DNA of 33,734 bases from Nemertoderma westbladi (GCA_032718475.1 JAUCBJ010005239.1:1-33734); one strand, 5' to 3'; positions 10,739 to 23,551 are shown, counted from the first letter of the stretch. Numbers and translations: made by a program. The notes: generated from the letters alone by a model not told the origin.

Positions 10739-11781
10739 CAGTCTAATAATCATCTCTACGCCACTATAAACGCTGTCACACTCCTCGCGAATTAACTCTA
10801 TAAGAGACACAATATTTTTATACAGAAAAATAACATTTTAAAGTAATTATAGAGCCCGAAGGCGAGACACAAGTACGTACATTGAGTAACTATGGCGGCG
10901 TCCTATACTACTACTACTACTGTAGTTGTTTATGACGCCTTAATAAGAACTAACCGGTTGAAATATCAACTACTCCCGGTGTATTTTTGGTGCATAATAA
11001 TCATTTAATGTTTGAAAATAATTTGTGATTAATTGAACCCATTACGATGAATTCTGACCTCAGATGAAGAGGAACGCTGGCGCACCATATTAACTCAAGA
11101 TGGCGCTCGGCATATTAGGTTAAACCCCTGGACGACCATCACTCAGTAACCGCGCAGTAGGAAGCTTGGAATGAAGTAAAATAATATTTCGCTTTATATA
11201 TCTATTCAGCTCTATGACTTCACTTTATATAGGCATAATAATTCAATATAAATCCACAATGAATAAATGATATACGTAAATGAAATATAAACATAATTCA
11301 TACATAATATGTGAAGAAAACAAACACTAGGGTTTGAAGCCTGATGCCTGGTTCGCAGACTAAATGACATTGACCGAAATAATAATGAAATAGATTTAAA
11401 TTATAAAATGACGTGCAAGAAGGCAGGCACCGAATTTTATAGGCGTCTGATAAAGTTACTGTAGATGACATAATATTTCTTCTCTACTCAGAATTTACTA
11501 CAACAATATGATCATTAGGCGGGTGGATTAAATACTGAAAAAAAATAACTGTAACGTCGAAATATCTACGCTAGGTGGCGTTCGTAAAGATTGACGCGCC
11601 TCAACTGGGGGTGAGGGATACCTGCGACTGTAGGTTACGTACGCCCTTATATGTCTAACCCTAACTCGACATTCTAGAAAAAAACTATCGTTAAGAAGGT
11701 CTCGTTAAAATGAAAGTTGGAAATTTTGAAAATATATTCCCTTAAAAAAAACACCGGTAACAAATATCACTGTAAAATAAT

Positions 11782-12475
11782 CAGGTTTGCCACTTATCTG
11801 GAATACCTATAGATAGTCGAGGAATTTCATTTTTTCTTGAAACATCAGGGAATTTCATTTTTTCTTGAAATGTTAGGAGGAATTTCATTTTTTCTTGAAA
11901 TGTTTGGAGGAATTTCATTTTTTCTTGATTGACAAAAGTCAGGGAATTTCATACATACAGCACATATTGTGTTATAAGCGAAAGTATGTAAAAATTTTAT
12001 CTGATCGCTTCGCTCACAATTCCATTTCCTCACATCAAATCAAAGGTCCACTCTAATCGCTTTTTGTCAGTAATTGGTCTGTTGTGCAGTTGTGGTAGAG
12101 TTTACCGCTAATTATATATCCTATGTAACTATGTTGGGAATATAATAAAGCGGTCATGAATAAGATAAAAATGGCGAATATACAGTAATATATTCTATAA
12201 GAGCGAAATTGCGCAAAGGACCGCGTCTACTCAACGCATGAACTGTCTCCTTGAATGGCTTACTACCAATCTTACAACATTAACCGGAATGGGGGATTGA
12301 ACTCGGTACCTAGAGATTCCTAGTCCCACGCTCTACCAACTAAGCTGGGGCCGTATCAATCCCTAACGCCAAAAACTAGCGAGCAATTAACAACAACAAA
12401 TATAGTGTACCTGCAGTCAGGAAATTTTTTGAAAAAGTCAGGGATAATTGGAACTGAATTAGAGTGGCAACCCTG
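11782..12475. mobile_element. MITE with CAGG termini and 5-bp TSD (hAT5-like)
   Basis: TIRs CAGGTTTGCCACT / AGTGGCAACCCTG (12/13); ATAAT on both flanks; subterminal (GTCA)GGGAATTT motifs and four ~28-30-bp repeats at 11820-11930. Confidence 0.72.
12284..12353 (-). mobile_element. tRNA-derived SINE head / tRNA pseudogene inside the MITE
   Basis: Minus strand CCCCAGCTTAGTTGGTAGAGCGTGGGACTAGGAATCTCTAGGTACCGAGTTCAATCCC: A box and B box present; acceptor stem poor. Confidence 0.65.
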
Positions 12476-12609
12476 ATAATGAGACTTACGAATAATATAT
12501 AACATGTCTAATTAAATTTAAGCTAAGGAAACTAATATCTAAATACATGAAGGATTAAAACCACCGCGTTATGAGGTCATCTGTTTACGTTCATTGAATC
12601 GATACAATA

Positions 12610-13047
12610 CGGAACTGTTATCATTTAATAATCAGGAACTATGCTCATTTAATAATCAGGAACTGTGCTCATTTAATAATCAGGAACTGTGCTCATTTAA
12701 TAATCAGGGACTGTGCTCGTTTAGTAATCAGGGACTGTGCTCATTTAATAATCAGGAACTGTGCTTATTTAGTAATCAGGGACTGTGCTCATTTAATCAG
12801 GAACTGTGCTCATTTAATAATCAGGAACTGTGCTCATTTAATAATCAAGAACTGTGCTCATTTAATAATCAGGAACTGTGCTCATTTAATAATCAGGGAC
12901 TGTGCTCATTTAATAATCAGGAACTGTGCTCATTTAATAATCAAGAACTGTGCTCATTTAATAATCAGGAACTGTGCTCATTTAATAATCAGGAACTGTG
13001 CTCATTTAATAATCAGAAACTGTGCTCATTTAATAATCAAGGACTGT
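12610..13047. repeat. 24-bp minisatellite (~18 copies)
   Basis: Unit AATAATCAGGAACTGTGCTCATTT. Confidence 0.96.
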
Positions 13048-14093
13048 CTTCATCTCTCTTGTCATTTTCGTGTAACATTACAGAACAAACTCTTAACGCG
13101 ATGCTAACAAAAATGTCCCTCATATAAAACTGGCGAAAAATTGCTGCCCCAGCACCTAAATAATATGGAAGCACCGATAAACCAGTTACTATAGGAATGG
13201 GAACGTAGAAACACTTTACAGAGTGGAACAGAGGCAGGAAGAGTATATAACATTACAGTATGTAATGGACATATAGCTTAGCTTAATGGTACAAAGAAAG
13301 ATGTCTACCAATACATATAGTTAGATGGATAGATAGTTTGTACATTATGTACAAAAAACGAACAAATACATCTACGTATATAGATATTGTCCAAGAAAAC
13401 ATATTATAGGAGGGCTTTGAGGCTGTTGATATTGTTGATTCAATCTATAAAGATTTCACTTAGAATTCAAATTTTGTGTGTCTTTGAGGCACAGAATTAC
13501 ATGTGAAAAACGGACAATGCATAATTATTTTTGCAGACGATAAAATCATCGAATTGCTGGATGATATAATAATATTGAATACTATTAAGCTTTCTGCCAT
13601 GAATATACAATCACTTGATGTTTGTGGTAAACATTATACACAGCTGGTAAGATAAGATATCACTAACAGCACTCTACATGACAATATTAGTTTTATAGTT
13701 ACAAGGATAATTAATTATTATAGTTATTTATTATTAATTTATAACTGCTCCAAACCCATACTGTACTCCCTGCTCCCTACTCCCTATCCATATTTACGGA
13801 CTAAACTGTTATAGTTACGATACAAGCTCAATGGGTAGAACTTTTCAAATACTGAGCATTTTTCAATATGATACCCATTCACATAAAAACGTAGGTTCCT
13901 ATAGCAAATTGAGAACAACATTAATGTGGGTTCCCATAGTTCAACATGTAAAACAACTTCACCCAAAATAGGTCAACATTAGGTTGCAAATTGCAACCTA
14001 ATTGTAAGACAAATTCTATGAATTCATCATCAGTAACATAAAATGCCCACCATGAAAGGTGCCAACCTGTTTAGAACTCTTATAGGAGCTTCA

Positions 14094-14099
14094 TTTATT
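14094..14099 (-). promoter_or_regulatory. Candidate polyadenylation signal of the CAP gene
   Basis: AATAAA on the minus strand ~165 nt after the stop codon. Confidence 0.45.
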
Positions 14100-14261
14100 G
14101 AATTATGAAAAAACTACCGATGCCCAAAGAAGTTTTCACAATGCAGATACAGTAATTAGTATATTAACTACGGAATGTGAAAATTAGGCAATGGAAGGAA
14201 CTACTACATACAACAGTTACATGAGTTTCTCCACACCAGATAATAACCAGATCCACTGCAG

Positions 14262-14407
14262 TTAAGGTCTCGAAACATTCTCACTAAAAGTCCTCATGTT
14301 ATTACCAGCTGGCTCGTAATTGGCCACAACGTACGTCATATTGGCTCCTCTAGCTTTGGCGATACCCAACTTGGTGCTATCCTTCCACACCACTTGTGTA
14401 AAATGAC
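14262..14407 (-). CDS. GLIPR2: GLIPR2/GAPR-1-like tandem CAP (SCP/PR-1) domain protein, last exon
   Basis: [36 protein letters not shown]...FSENVSRP*; CAP1 and CAP2 motifs; acceptor ttgCAG. Confidence 0.9.
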
Positions 14408-14799
14408 CTGCAACAAAGATAAACAACAAAATCGCACTCAAATACTGATCCGGCAAGAATTGATAAACATCCGACAATCTGGACTTTGCAATATCGGCAA
14501 ACGGATATTGTGGGTTATTGAAGGGAAGATTAATAATACTAACTAGGCGGCATTGAGTTATTAACAGTTTTAGAAAAAAAAAATATGAAAGATAAATTAC
14601 TGTGTGATATAACTACTCCGATTATCACACTGTAAAGTACTATACTTGACTCACAAAAAATGTTTGCTTCAGTTATTATATATGATAAACATTTAACAAT
14701 TTGTTTAAAAATTCCCATTATTAATTATAATTAATTGTGAATTATTATTTATACAGAATCGGTACCATAACACAACGAATTTCTAATGTTCCGAAGGTT

Positions 14800-15062
14800 C
14801 CACCTTGGTGTAGTGGTCGCATTGAATTCACATCTCCCGTAGGTCGTGGGTTCGATTCTCACATGGGCCAGGGTAGTTTTCGTTTCGGCACGAATGTTTT
14901 AAAGGGAACCAGCCAGGGCGCATCCTTAAGTGGTAGCTAAATGAGTACTGGAGTTTCCTCTGGGGAGTAAAGTTCTGGGGTGACCGCACTGGAAATAAGT
15001 CGTCAGACTTTGTGCGTAATCCCTGGCATAGCGGCCGAAGAAAATTTACTTGTTTTACTTTA
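14800..15062 (+). mobile_element. tRNA-derived SINE
   Basis: A box TGGTGTAGTGG (~14806), B box GGTTCGATTCT (~14849), central TAAATGAGTACTGG motif, TTTAC-like tail. Confidence 0.75.
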
Positions 15063-15245
15063 ATGTTTTTGACGGCCACTAGATGCTGCTGCCAATGCTT
15101 AACATACTGGTTATAATTCGTTTATATTTTCTCAAATTTGTGCAAATTGAATGAAAAAATGAAACTGTAACCTGAGCTATATTATTGTTCTGGTTAGAAC
15201 ACTATGTACCATGTTTCTTTATGTTATTTGATGCGATGCGCGCCG

Positions 15246-15276
<31 letters not shown>

Positions 15277-15528
15277 CCCCTCTAAGTGCCTAGGCACCAG
15301 ATTCTACCGTAGTATACAAAGGTCTAAATTGGATGTAGGTCCGAATAGGTAGAATCTACAATGCTAAATTACCAATTTAGGGAAAGGAGCAGTGTTACCT
15401 GCAGGTTACACTGGCACTTTATTCTAACCAAAACAATAAACGAGAGTCAATAACACAGGTTGCAGTTAAAGTTTTGATGGGATTAAGCTAAATAATAGTC
15501 TAACAACAGCTCGACTGTTTGCGCTAGT

Positions 15529-16097
15529 TAGTACCAGTTGCCTGCCTAGGCGGTTAATACTACGGTAGTACCAGTTGCCTAGGCGGTTAATACTACGGTA
15601 TTACCAGTTGCCTAGGCGGTTAATACTACGGTAGTACCAGTTGCCTAGGCGGTTAATACTACGGTAGTACCAGTTGCCTAGGCGGTTAATACTACGGCAC
15701 CAACAGTTGCTAGGCGGCTAATACTACGGTAGTACCAGTTGCCTAGGCGGTTAATACTACGGTAGTACCAGTTGCCTAGGCGGTTAATACTACGGTAGTA
15801 CCAGTTGCCTAGGCGGTTGATACTACGGTAGTACCACTTGCCTAGGCGGTTAATACTACGGTAGTACCAGTTGCCTAGGCGGTTAATATTACGGTAGTAC
15901 CAGTTGCCTAGGCGGTTAATACTACGGTAGTATCAGTTGCCTAGGCGGTTAATACTACGGTAGTATCAGTTGCCTAGGCGGTTAATACTACGGTAGTACC
16001 AGTTGCCTTGGCGGTTAATACTACGGTAGTACCAGTTGCCTAGGCGGTTAATACTACGGTAGTATCAGTTGCCTAGGCGGTTAATACTACGGTAGTA
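15529..16097. repeat. 33-bp minisatellite (~17 copies)
   Basis: Unit GTAGTACCAGTTGCCTAGGCGGTTAATACTACG. Confidence 0.96.
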
Positions 16098-16206
16098 TAA
16101 CACCTAGGCATTTGTGCTAAGGTAGTACGGAGTGCCGAGGCACCAGGTACTACGGTAGTATATTTTCGAGGTGGTATTAGCTGCCTGTTACACCGGCACC
16201 ACTAAC

Positions 16207-16445
16207 CCGTCCCAGACTGGAATCCGGGATTCCCGTAGTTGTACTTCTCCTCCTCGCTGTACCACATGTCGGTGGCTCCCTGACCCCCCAAGTCGCGACT
16301 ATGACAGGCGATATTCTCTCCGTACTTCCGTTCCGAGCGATGTTGCATCCGGTTGGTCGACGCGAGATTGTCGGCCCACTCCTGAGCGTAGGCTGTCAAC
16401 GTTGGGTCGGCCGATATAGGCGGTGCATGGTGTTTGTCGCGATAC
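16207..16445 (-). CDS. GLIPR2: GLIPR2/GAPR-1-like exon
   Basis: RYRDKHHAPP...AYAQEWADNLA...QHRSERKYGENIA...ATDMWYSEEEKYNYGNPGFQSGT; AG/GT boundaries; phase fits. Confidence 0.9.
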
Positions 16446-16691
16446 CTGCAAACAACATCGAGTTATAAGGAACCTACAATTTTTAGCTGATAACCCTCTG
16501 CGAAAATGAAACAAAATCGTGAAAAAAAATGTGTACCGGTAACGAATAAGACAATCAAAAATTTTATTTTCTATTTCTTATGCATTTACACTATAATAGT
16601 CTAGTTAGTTACCATTAGTGTTTATTTAAACAGAAACAGAAAGTAATTATTTTATAGTAGTACAACAAACTGTAGGCTACAACACTCCAAC

Positions 16692-16863
16692 CTATTGTGC
16701 GCCTCAACGGCATCTGCCACTATATCCCCCGAACTATCAGCAGTGTCTCCATGGCCTTTGTCTTTATGTCGGTGTTTACTGTCTGACCCGGTTGGGGAGC
16801 TAGATGCAATAACTGGTGTTCCTTCAGGGAACACGTTCCCACTAAATGTGCTCATATTATTAC
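16692..16863 (-). CDS. GLIPR2: GLIPR2/GAPR-1-like exon (end of CAP domain A, linker, start of domain B)
   Basis: GNNMSTFSGNVFP-linker-DAVEAHNR; tttaCAG acceptor, AG|GTTGG donor; phases fit both neighbours. Confidence 0.87.
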
Positions 16864-17446
16864 CTGTAAAAATATAATATATAAGACAATGAAATAAAGG
16901 TAGAGACACACAAATTGACCGCTAGTAGCCAACGGCCAACCCAATAATATAACCCATCGATATAAATTAAAAACACCATCATATAGCAGAAATGTCATGA
17001 GCGAAACGTCAGACACACAAGAAAATAGGTAAGATTTATTGCGGAGATTCCTTTAATGATACGTTGCCCCACATAAAGAATGTAAATTCTAACAATAAAT
17101 ATACCGTTGCGCTGCGGTCACCTAGACCTAATCCTATATGTGATTTGTGGTTATCCATATGTGGCTTTTTAGTAGGAAGGAAGGGTGTGTAATGTACAGG
17201 AATCGTAAAAATATTTCGGTGGACAAAATACTAGGAAATCTGGATGATAATAAATTTGAATTCGGAATTAATTGGATTAAACTTTGAAAAGAAGGCAATT
17301 AACATGCACCTGTGTCCCACGCAATGCGGTTGGATAAATTAGCATAGAAAATAGAGATAGTTTGAATACAAATGGGCAATAAACTGATAGTAATTAAAGC
17401 CTATTTATTATTCCAGGCGTCGAACAAGCTCGTTCATTGCAACAAT

Positions 17447-17830
17447 AAATAAGTTGTCCCCTGTATACCGTATACATTTGCACCAAATATATTACCCTGT
17501 ATACCGTATAGATTTGCACCAAATATATTACCCTGTATATCGTATACATTTGCACCAAATATATTACCCTGTATATCGTATACATTTGCACCAAATATAT
17601 TACCCTGTATATCGTATACATTTGCACCAAATATATTTCCCCTGCATACCGCATATATTTGCACCAAATATATTGTCCCCTGTATACCGTATAGATTTGC
17701 ACGAAATATATTTCCCCTGCATACCGCATATATTTGCACCAAATATATTGTCCCCTGTATACCGTATAGATTTGCACGAAATATATTTCCCCTGCATACC
17801 GCATATATTTGCACAAAATATATTGTCCAT
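17447..17830. repeat. 36-38-bp minisatellite (~10 copies), dimeric ~75-bp period in the right half
   Basis: Unit CCCTGTATA(C/T)CGTATACATTTGCACCAAATATATT. Confidence 0.93.
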
Positions 17831-18756
17831 GATAGTGCTGTATACCGAATATATTTGATCAAATTTGTTAATTTTTCACAAATACTCCAATTAACAAACA
17901 CCTAATTTTTTGTTCGTCACTTTATAACCCATGCGACATTATTACTAGAAGTGGTGTAAAACTATGTTTTGTAGTACAAACATGATGAACAAATTAGTTT
18001 AATGTTTGTCGTCATATAAAACTGCACATCATGTGTGTTCGCACGTCTAATTACTGGAAGTGCTCAGCTATAGGGCTGGATGATCAGAGAGTTGGTTTCA
18101 ATGGCGATGAGTTTAGTAGCGGTAAAGGTTAATGACGTAACGCGAAAGTCAATGACTGATGTTACTCTATGATTTATTTATGAGCATAACATAACGAATT
18201 GTAACATCGCCCTCGACAACTAAGGTCAAACAGACAGACAGTCATTACGAAATCAAGAACCATATTCCACGCCACATCCATAAGTTTACTTATTAAATTG
18301 TTTTATTCTAAAATTGAAACATTACTCAACGCCGTTAGTATTAACAGCGAGTAGTTATTTAGCACTTTACAACTTTTGAGGACATTACAGCATTGTATCG
18401 GCCTGTACATTTAGTATTGTATTGGTGTCGTAATGTCCCTTGTTTTATGTGGTAACCAATGACGGTGAGCTGTAAAGTTACGGCGTCATTGGTTACCACG
18501 TAAACAATAGGTGGATATTAATTGCCTGACAGTCAGATAGACCTTCTGCATTACCTACCGGTAGCTATTAATAACCAGAAGCTATAAACTATTAACATGG
18601 CTCGAAACGCCACCATAAATATAAGCTAACTTATTTATAACATAATTTATGTCATTTTTACATTTATTTATACAGCAACTAATTTGTGCAGTTTCTATCA
18701 CTTATAATATATATATACAATCATTTCATAATGTTACAATTTTGGAATAAAACTAC

Positions 18757-18917
18757 ATACATACTTGTTGCAAAGTACTTTACAGTGTTCTGATCCTCGT
18801 GGATTTATTTTCACTCACCCTCGTGGCTTTATTTTCACTCACTCACTACGTTCGTTCGTGTAACAAAGCCACTCGGATCATCACACTGTAGAGTGCTACT
18901 TTACACACAAGTAGGTA
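18757..18917. mobile_element. Short fold-back (palindromic) MITE-like element
   Basis: TACTTGT..AAAGTA..TACAGTGT..TGATCC..GTGGCTTT pairs with AAAGCCAC..GGATCA..ACACTGTA..TACTTT..ACAAGTA; 23-bp local duplication in the left arm. Confidence 0.65.
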
Positions 18918-19151
18918 AATAGTTATTACACCATCTCCCTTAATGCAACAACCATTTTTAGCAAGTCGGAGCCCCCCTCGAAATTTTTTCAAATTTCAAT
19001 CAAATGAAATTCTACGAAATTTCGTATGAAGATAGTTCGTCAATTTTCCTTGCTGCTGTCAGAACCGGATTTTTCAATTTCTGCGTTATATCGATACAAC
19101 AAGCTGTTAACAAGTATACATAGTATATTTGGCAATATTTAGCCACCTCAG

Positions 19152-19414
19152 TCGACTTTATTTTTCATCTTTAGAATGTAATCTAGATGCCATTAGAACT
19201 GTAGAACTTCTTCATCTGCAGATTCCGAATCTGAATAGCGTTTTAAATTTCACCAAAAATAGACAAAAACATTATAATTATATCGATTTACGACTCAAAA
19301 TTTAAACCTTATTATTTTGGTGAAATTTTAAACGCTTTTAAGATTCAGAATCTGCAGATGAAGGCGGTTCTAATGACATCTAGATTACATTCTAAAGACG
19401 AAAAATAAAGCCGA
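19152..19414. repeat. ~105-bp inverted repeat with ~50-bp spacer (fold-back/MITE)
   Basis: CTTTATTTTTCATCTTTAGAATGTAATCTAGATG...CACCAAAA mirrored by TTTTGGTG...CATCTAGATTACATTCTAAAGACGAAAAATAAAG. Confidence 0.88.
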
Positions 19415-20863
19415 GTGCCGAACTATAAGATGCCGAACTCTATTTCCCCTGTTTATAATTCGCGAGATAATAGATCAGCCTAACCTAAATAAATTCAACA
19501 GGAATTAATGAAACCGATCCTTGATTTACGAGACAGTCCACTCAACATCATTAACTGATAAAGTACCCCCACCCACTCAAAGGAAATAAAAACACCCTAT
19601 TTAAAATTCAAAGTTCAAATAAAATAAATCAACTACTAATTTTTTGACGGTGGCAACCAACGCCCCCGATATGCGGGGGTGGAATAATCTAATTTATAAA
19701 AGTCCCATTCGCCAGGGGCACTTCTTGGAAAAATGAAATCAAAACGCCGAAGTAATATAAAAGGTAAATCGATGTATGTCATCTAATATTCCTCGAACTC
19801 ACAAGTAATACAGTCGTGGAGGCCACCAACTCGAATCCCTGTCTATGGAGTAGGAACCGGGTCAGAAAAACGATCATGAGATAATTTCTTCAAAATTGAA
19901 AGTCAAAACATTTCCTTATAAATAAGTTGGAAAGGAATGCGGTAATAAGAGCTATAGAGACTATAGATAGTCTCTATCTGTACCTATTATCACCCTAAAT
20001 TGTCTCCTATGATGAGAGACGTAATATGAGCCGTATGGGACTTGATATATTAGATTAATGTTTGTTACATATTTCTGTAAGGAGAACAAAATGCCGAAAG
20101 GCGAACAAAATCAAACAAATTCTGCTCATAGCAAATCCAATAGAATCGATCACAAGTAACTACTGATTGTGTTTCATAATATCGAGGAAACAATTCCAAA
20201 TAGCCTCGAGTTAATCCAAACAACTTAGCTTCCTAATCTCTGCGTATTGTTTTTGTAAATGACAAAGGGTAACGTTACACACAAACTAAAATACTCATTT
20301 AAGAGTGCCGAGAGCCTAATGACTTTTCCCGCAAGGATAATACGGTAATGACACGGCACCAAGGGAGATAAACGCTTAGTAAAAACTAAAAACCTCCACA
20401 AACTCCAGGAACGTGTAACAGTGTTAATGGCAAGGAACATGTTTATGTATTCCTTGGAGCCGGTATGTGTAGTCCCGTATATCCGTAACATTATGAAATC
20501 AACGAGAATAAACCAGAGGGGTTCAATGTCGTAGCAGTATTATAAAACGTGGGCGTGTTATTATACTCATTAGGTATTCGGGTTGGAAAGGCCAATACAT
20601 CCGTTGGGGATTGAAAAGGATCGAATTATTAACGACTTATTAAATGAAACTCAAAGAATATTAATTTCTGTAAATCTTTAGGATGCAAAAAGGCTAAATA
20701 ATCGCAGCACTATCAGAGATAGATGATGGAGTGGAAGAGTTTTCTTCTGAACTTTCTCTCGCAGTTGTTCTCCATCAACATGGATGAGTTGTATTATTGA
20801 ATTGAAGTCTCTGGCTTTAACTTATTTAATATGGAGATAAACGAAGTCAGCTGGGTATTTTAC

Positions 20864-22876
20864 GGGACTGTACTATCTCACCCTTGGGACTATACTATCT
20901 CACCCTTGGGACTATACTATCTCACCCTTGGGACTATACTATCTCACCCTTGGGACTATACTATCTCACCCTTGGGACTATATTATCTCACCCTTGGGAC
21001 TATACTATCTCACCCTTGGGACTGTAATATCTCACCCTTGGGACTATACTATCTCACCCTTGGGACTATACATCTCACCCTTGGGACTCTGTACTATCGC
21101 ACTCTTAGGACTATATTATCTCACCCTTGGGACTGTACTATCGCACCCTTGGGACTGTACTATCGCACCCTTGGGACTATACTACCGCACCCTTGGGACT
21201 ATACTATATCACCCTTGGGACTGTACTATCTCACCCTTGGAGGCCTTGGGACTATACTATCTCATCCTTGGGACTCTGTACTATCGCACCCTTGGGACTA
21301 TATCATCTCACTCTTGGGACTATACTATCTCACCCTTGGGACTATACTATCTCACCCTTGGGACTATACTATCTCACCCTTGGGACTGTAATATCTCACC
21401 CTTGGGACTATACTATCTCACCCTTGGGACTGTACTATCTCACCCTTGGGACTGTACTATCTCACCCTTGGAGGCCTTGGGACTATACTATCTCATCCTT
21501 GGGACTCTGTACTATCGCACCCTTGGGACTATATCATCTCACTCTTGGGACTATACTATCTCACCCTTGGGACTATACTATCTCACCCTTGGGACTATAC
21601 TATCTCACCCTTGGGACTGTAATATCTCACCCTTGGGACTATACTATCTCACCCTTGGGACTGTACTATCTCACCCTTGGGACTGTACTATCTCACCCTT
21701 GGAGGCCTTGGGACTATACTATCTCATCCTTGGGACTCTGTACTATCGCACCCTTGGGACTATATCATCTCACTCTTGGGACTATACTATCTCACCCTTG
21801 GGACTATACTATCTCACCCTTGGGACTATACTATCTCACCCTTGGGACTGCAATATCTCACCCTTGGGACTATACTATCTCACCCTTGGGACTATACTAT
21901 CTCACCCTTGGGACTCTGTACTATCGCACTCTTAGGACTATATTATCTCACCCTTGGGACTGTACTATCGCACCCTTGGGACTGTACTATCGCACCCTTG
22001 GGACTATACTACCGCACCCTTGGGACTATACTATCTCACCCTTGGGACTGTACTATGTCACCCTTGGGACTATATACTATCTTACCTTTGGGACTATACC
22101 ATCTCACCCTTGGGACTGTACTATCGCACCCTTGGGACTATACTATCGCACCCTTGGGACTGTACTATCGTACTATCTCACCCTTGGCACTATACTATCT
22201 TACCCTTGGGACTATACCATCTCACCCTTGGGACTGTACTATCGCACCCTTGGGACTGTACTATCGCATCCTTGAGACTGTACTATCTAACCTCTGAGAC
22301 TGTACTATCGCACCCTTAGGACTGTACTATCGCACCCTTGGGACTATACTATCGCACCCTTGGGACTGTACAATCGCACCCTTGAGACTGTACTATCTAA
22401 CCTCTGAGACTGTACTATCTAACCTCTGAGACTGTACTATCGCACCCTTGGGACTGTACTATCGCACCCTTGGGACTATACTATCGCACCCTTGTGACTA
22501 TACTATCGCACCCTTGAGACTGTACTATCTAACCTCTGAGACTGTACTATCGCACCCTTGGGACTGTAATATCGCACCCTTGGGACTATACTATCGCACC
22601 CTTGGGACTGTACTATCGCACACTTGAGACTGTACTATCTAACCTCTGAGACTGTACTATCTAACCTCTGAGACTGTACTATCGCACCCTTGGGACTATA
22701 CTATCCCACCCTTGGGACTGTATTATCTCACCTCTGGGAATGTACTATCGCACCCTTGGAACTATACTATCTCACCCTTGGGACTGTACTATCGCACCCT
22801 TGGGACTGTACTATCTCACCTATGGGACTGTACAATCTCACCTCTGGGACTGTACTATCTCACCTCTGGGACTGTA
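20864..22876 (-). repeat. 22-bp minisatellite (~90 copies) derived from the exon/intron junction of the CAP gene
   Basis: Unit GGGACT(A/G)TACTATC(T/G)CACCCTT; the minus-strand junction TACAGTCCCAGAG|GTGAGATAG is itself one unit; ~230-bp higher-order block at ~21239, 21470, 21700. Confidence 0.96.
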
Positions 22877-23046
22877 GTTGCAGACAACGTAACAGTTCCC
22901 GTTTTCAGCGGTTGCTTTACCCACTCCGAGTTTTACGCTCTCCTTCCAAACGACCTGCGTGAAATGACCCGTTCCCGACTGGAAACCGCCGTCACTGAAC
23001 TTATACTTCTTGATCTCGTCGTACCACATCGAAACCGCTTGTTCGG
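22864..23046 (-). CDS. GLIPR2: GLIPR2/GAPR-1-like exon
   Basis: [43 protein letters not shown]...YVVCNYSPR; acceptor ctaaCAG, donor GAG|GTGAGA. Confidence 0.9.
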
Positions 23047-23551
23047 CTGTTAGAAAACAAAAAAAATCGTTAAAGACGTATCCAAAGGGAAGGTGGTGGA
23101 GGGGCAGGGGTAGTGGCGAGGGGCCGGGGAGTGGGTAGGGTGGGGGCGGTGGGGGGGGGGGGGGGGGGTGGGGTGGGAGGGGCACGGGGTAGTAGGGAGG
23201 GGTAGTGGACAGTGGGGAGGGGCATGGAACAGTGGGAGGGGCAGGGGACTGTGGAGGGGTGTGTGGTAGGGGTAGGGGTAGGTTGACTCGAATCAATTAC
23301 TTCTGCTTATATTTTTATTATTTTTTTTTTTTTTTAATCCGGGCCACTGACGCCCATAGACATTGCAAAGATATAACTTGAACTAAAGAATATTATAAAA
23401 AAAAAAGAAAAACTGGAATAAGGGACCCCGAGCAGGGAAGCACAATATAATAAATAAATAATAATACATATTATTAGTAAATAATAGTCAGTATTCGATC
23501 ACAACAAAATCTACAAGTTCGCAACATATATTTGACTGAGAAAGTCGATTA

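Noticed and set aside
12284-12353. Functional tRNA gene
   Set aside because: Weak acceptor and T stems; the AGG loop does not match a Pro-type body; lies inside a MITE
12594-13127. NNQELCSF-repeat protein
   Set aside because: 24-bp minisatellite with a TTG start and near-identical units; no evidence of coding constraint
13515-13560. IIFADDK as a LINE RT YADD motif
   Set aside because: No supporting RT motifs recognisable in the flanks
15529-16097. CRISPR array (33-bp palindromic repeats); also considered for the 36-, 22- and 55-bp arrays
   Set aside because: Units are head-to-tail without unique spacers, there are no cas genes, and the context is a eukaryotic intron
20831-22962. Overlapping LGLYYLTLGTILSHPWD ORFs
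   Set aside because: Frame-cycling translations of the 22-bp satellite
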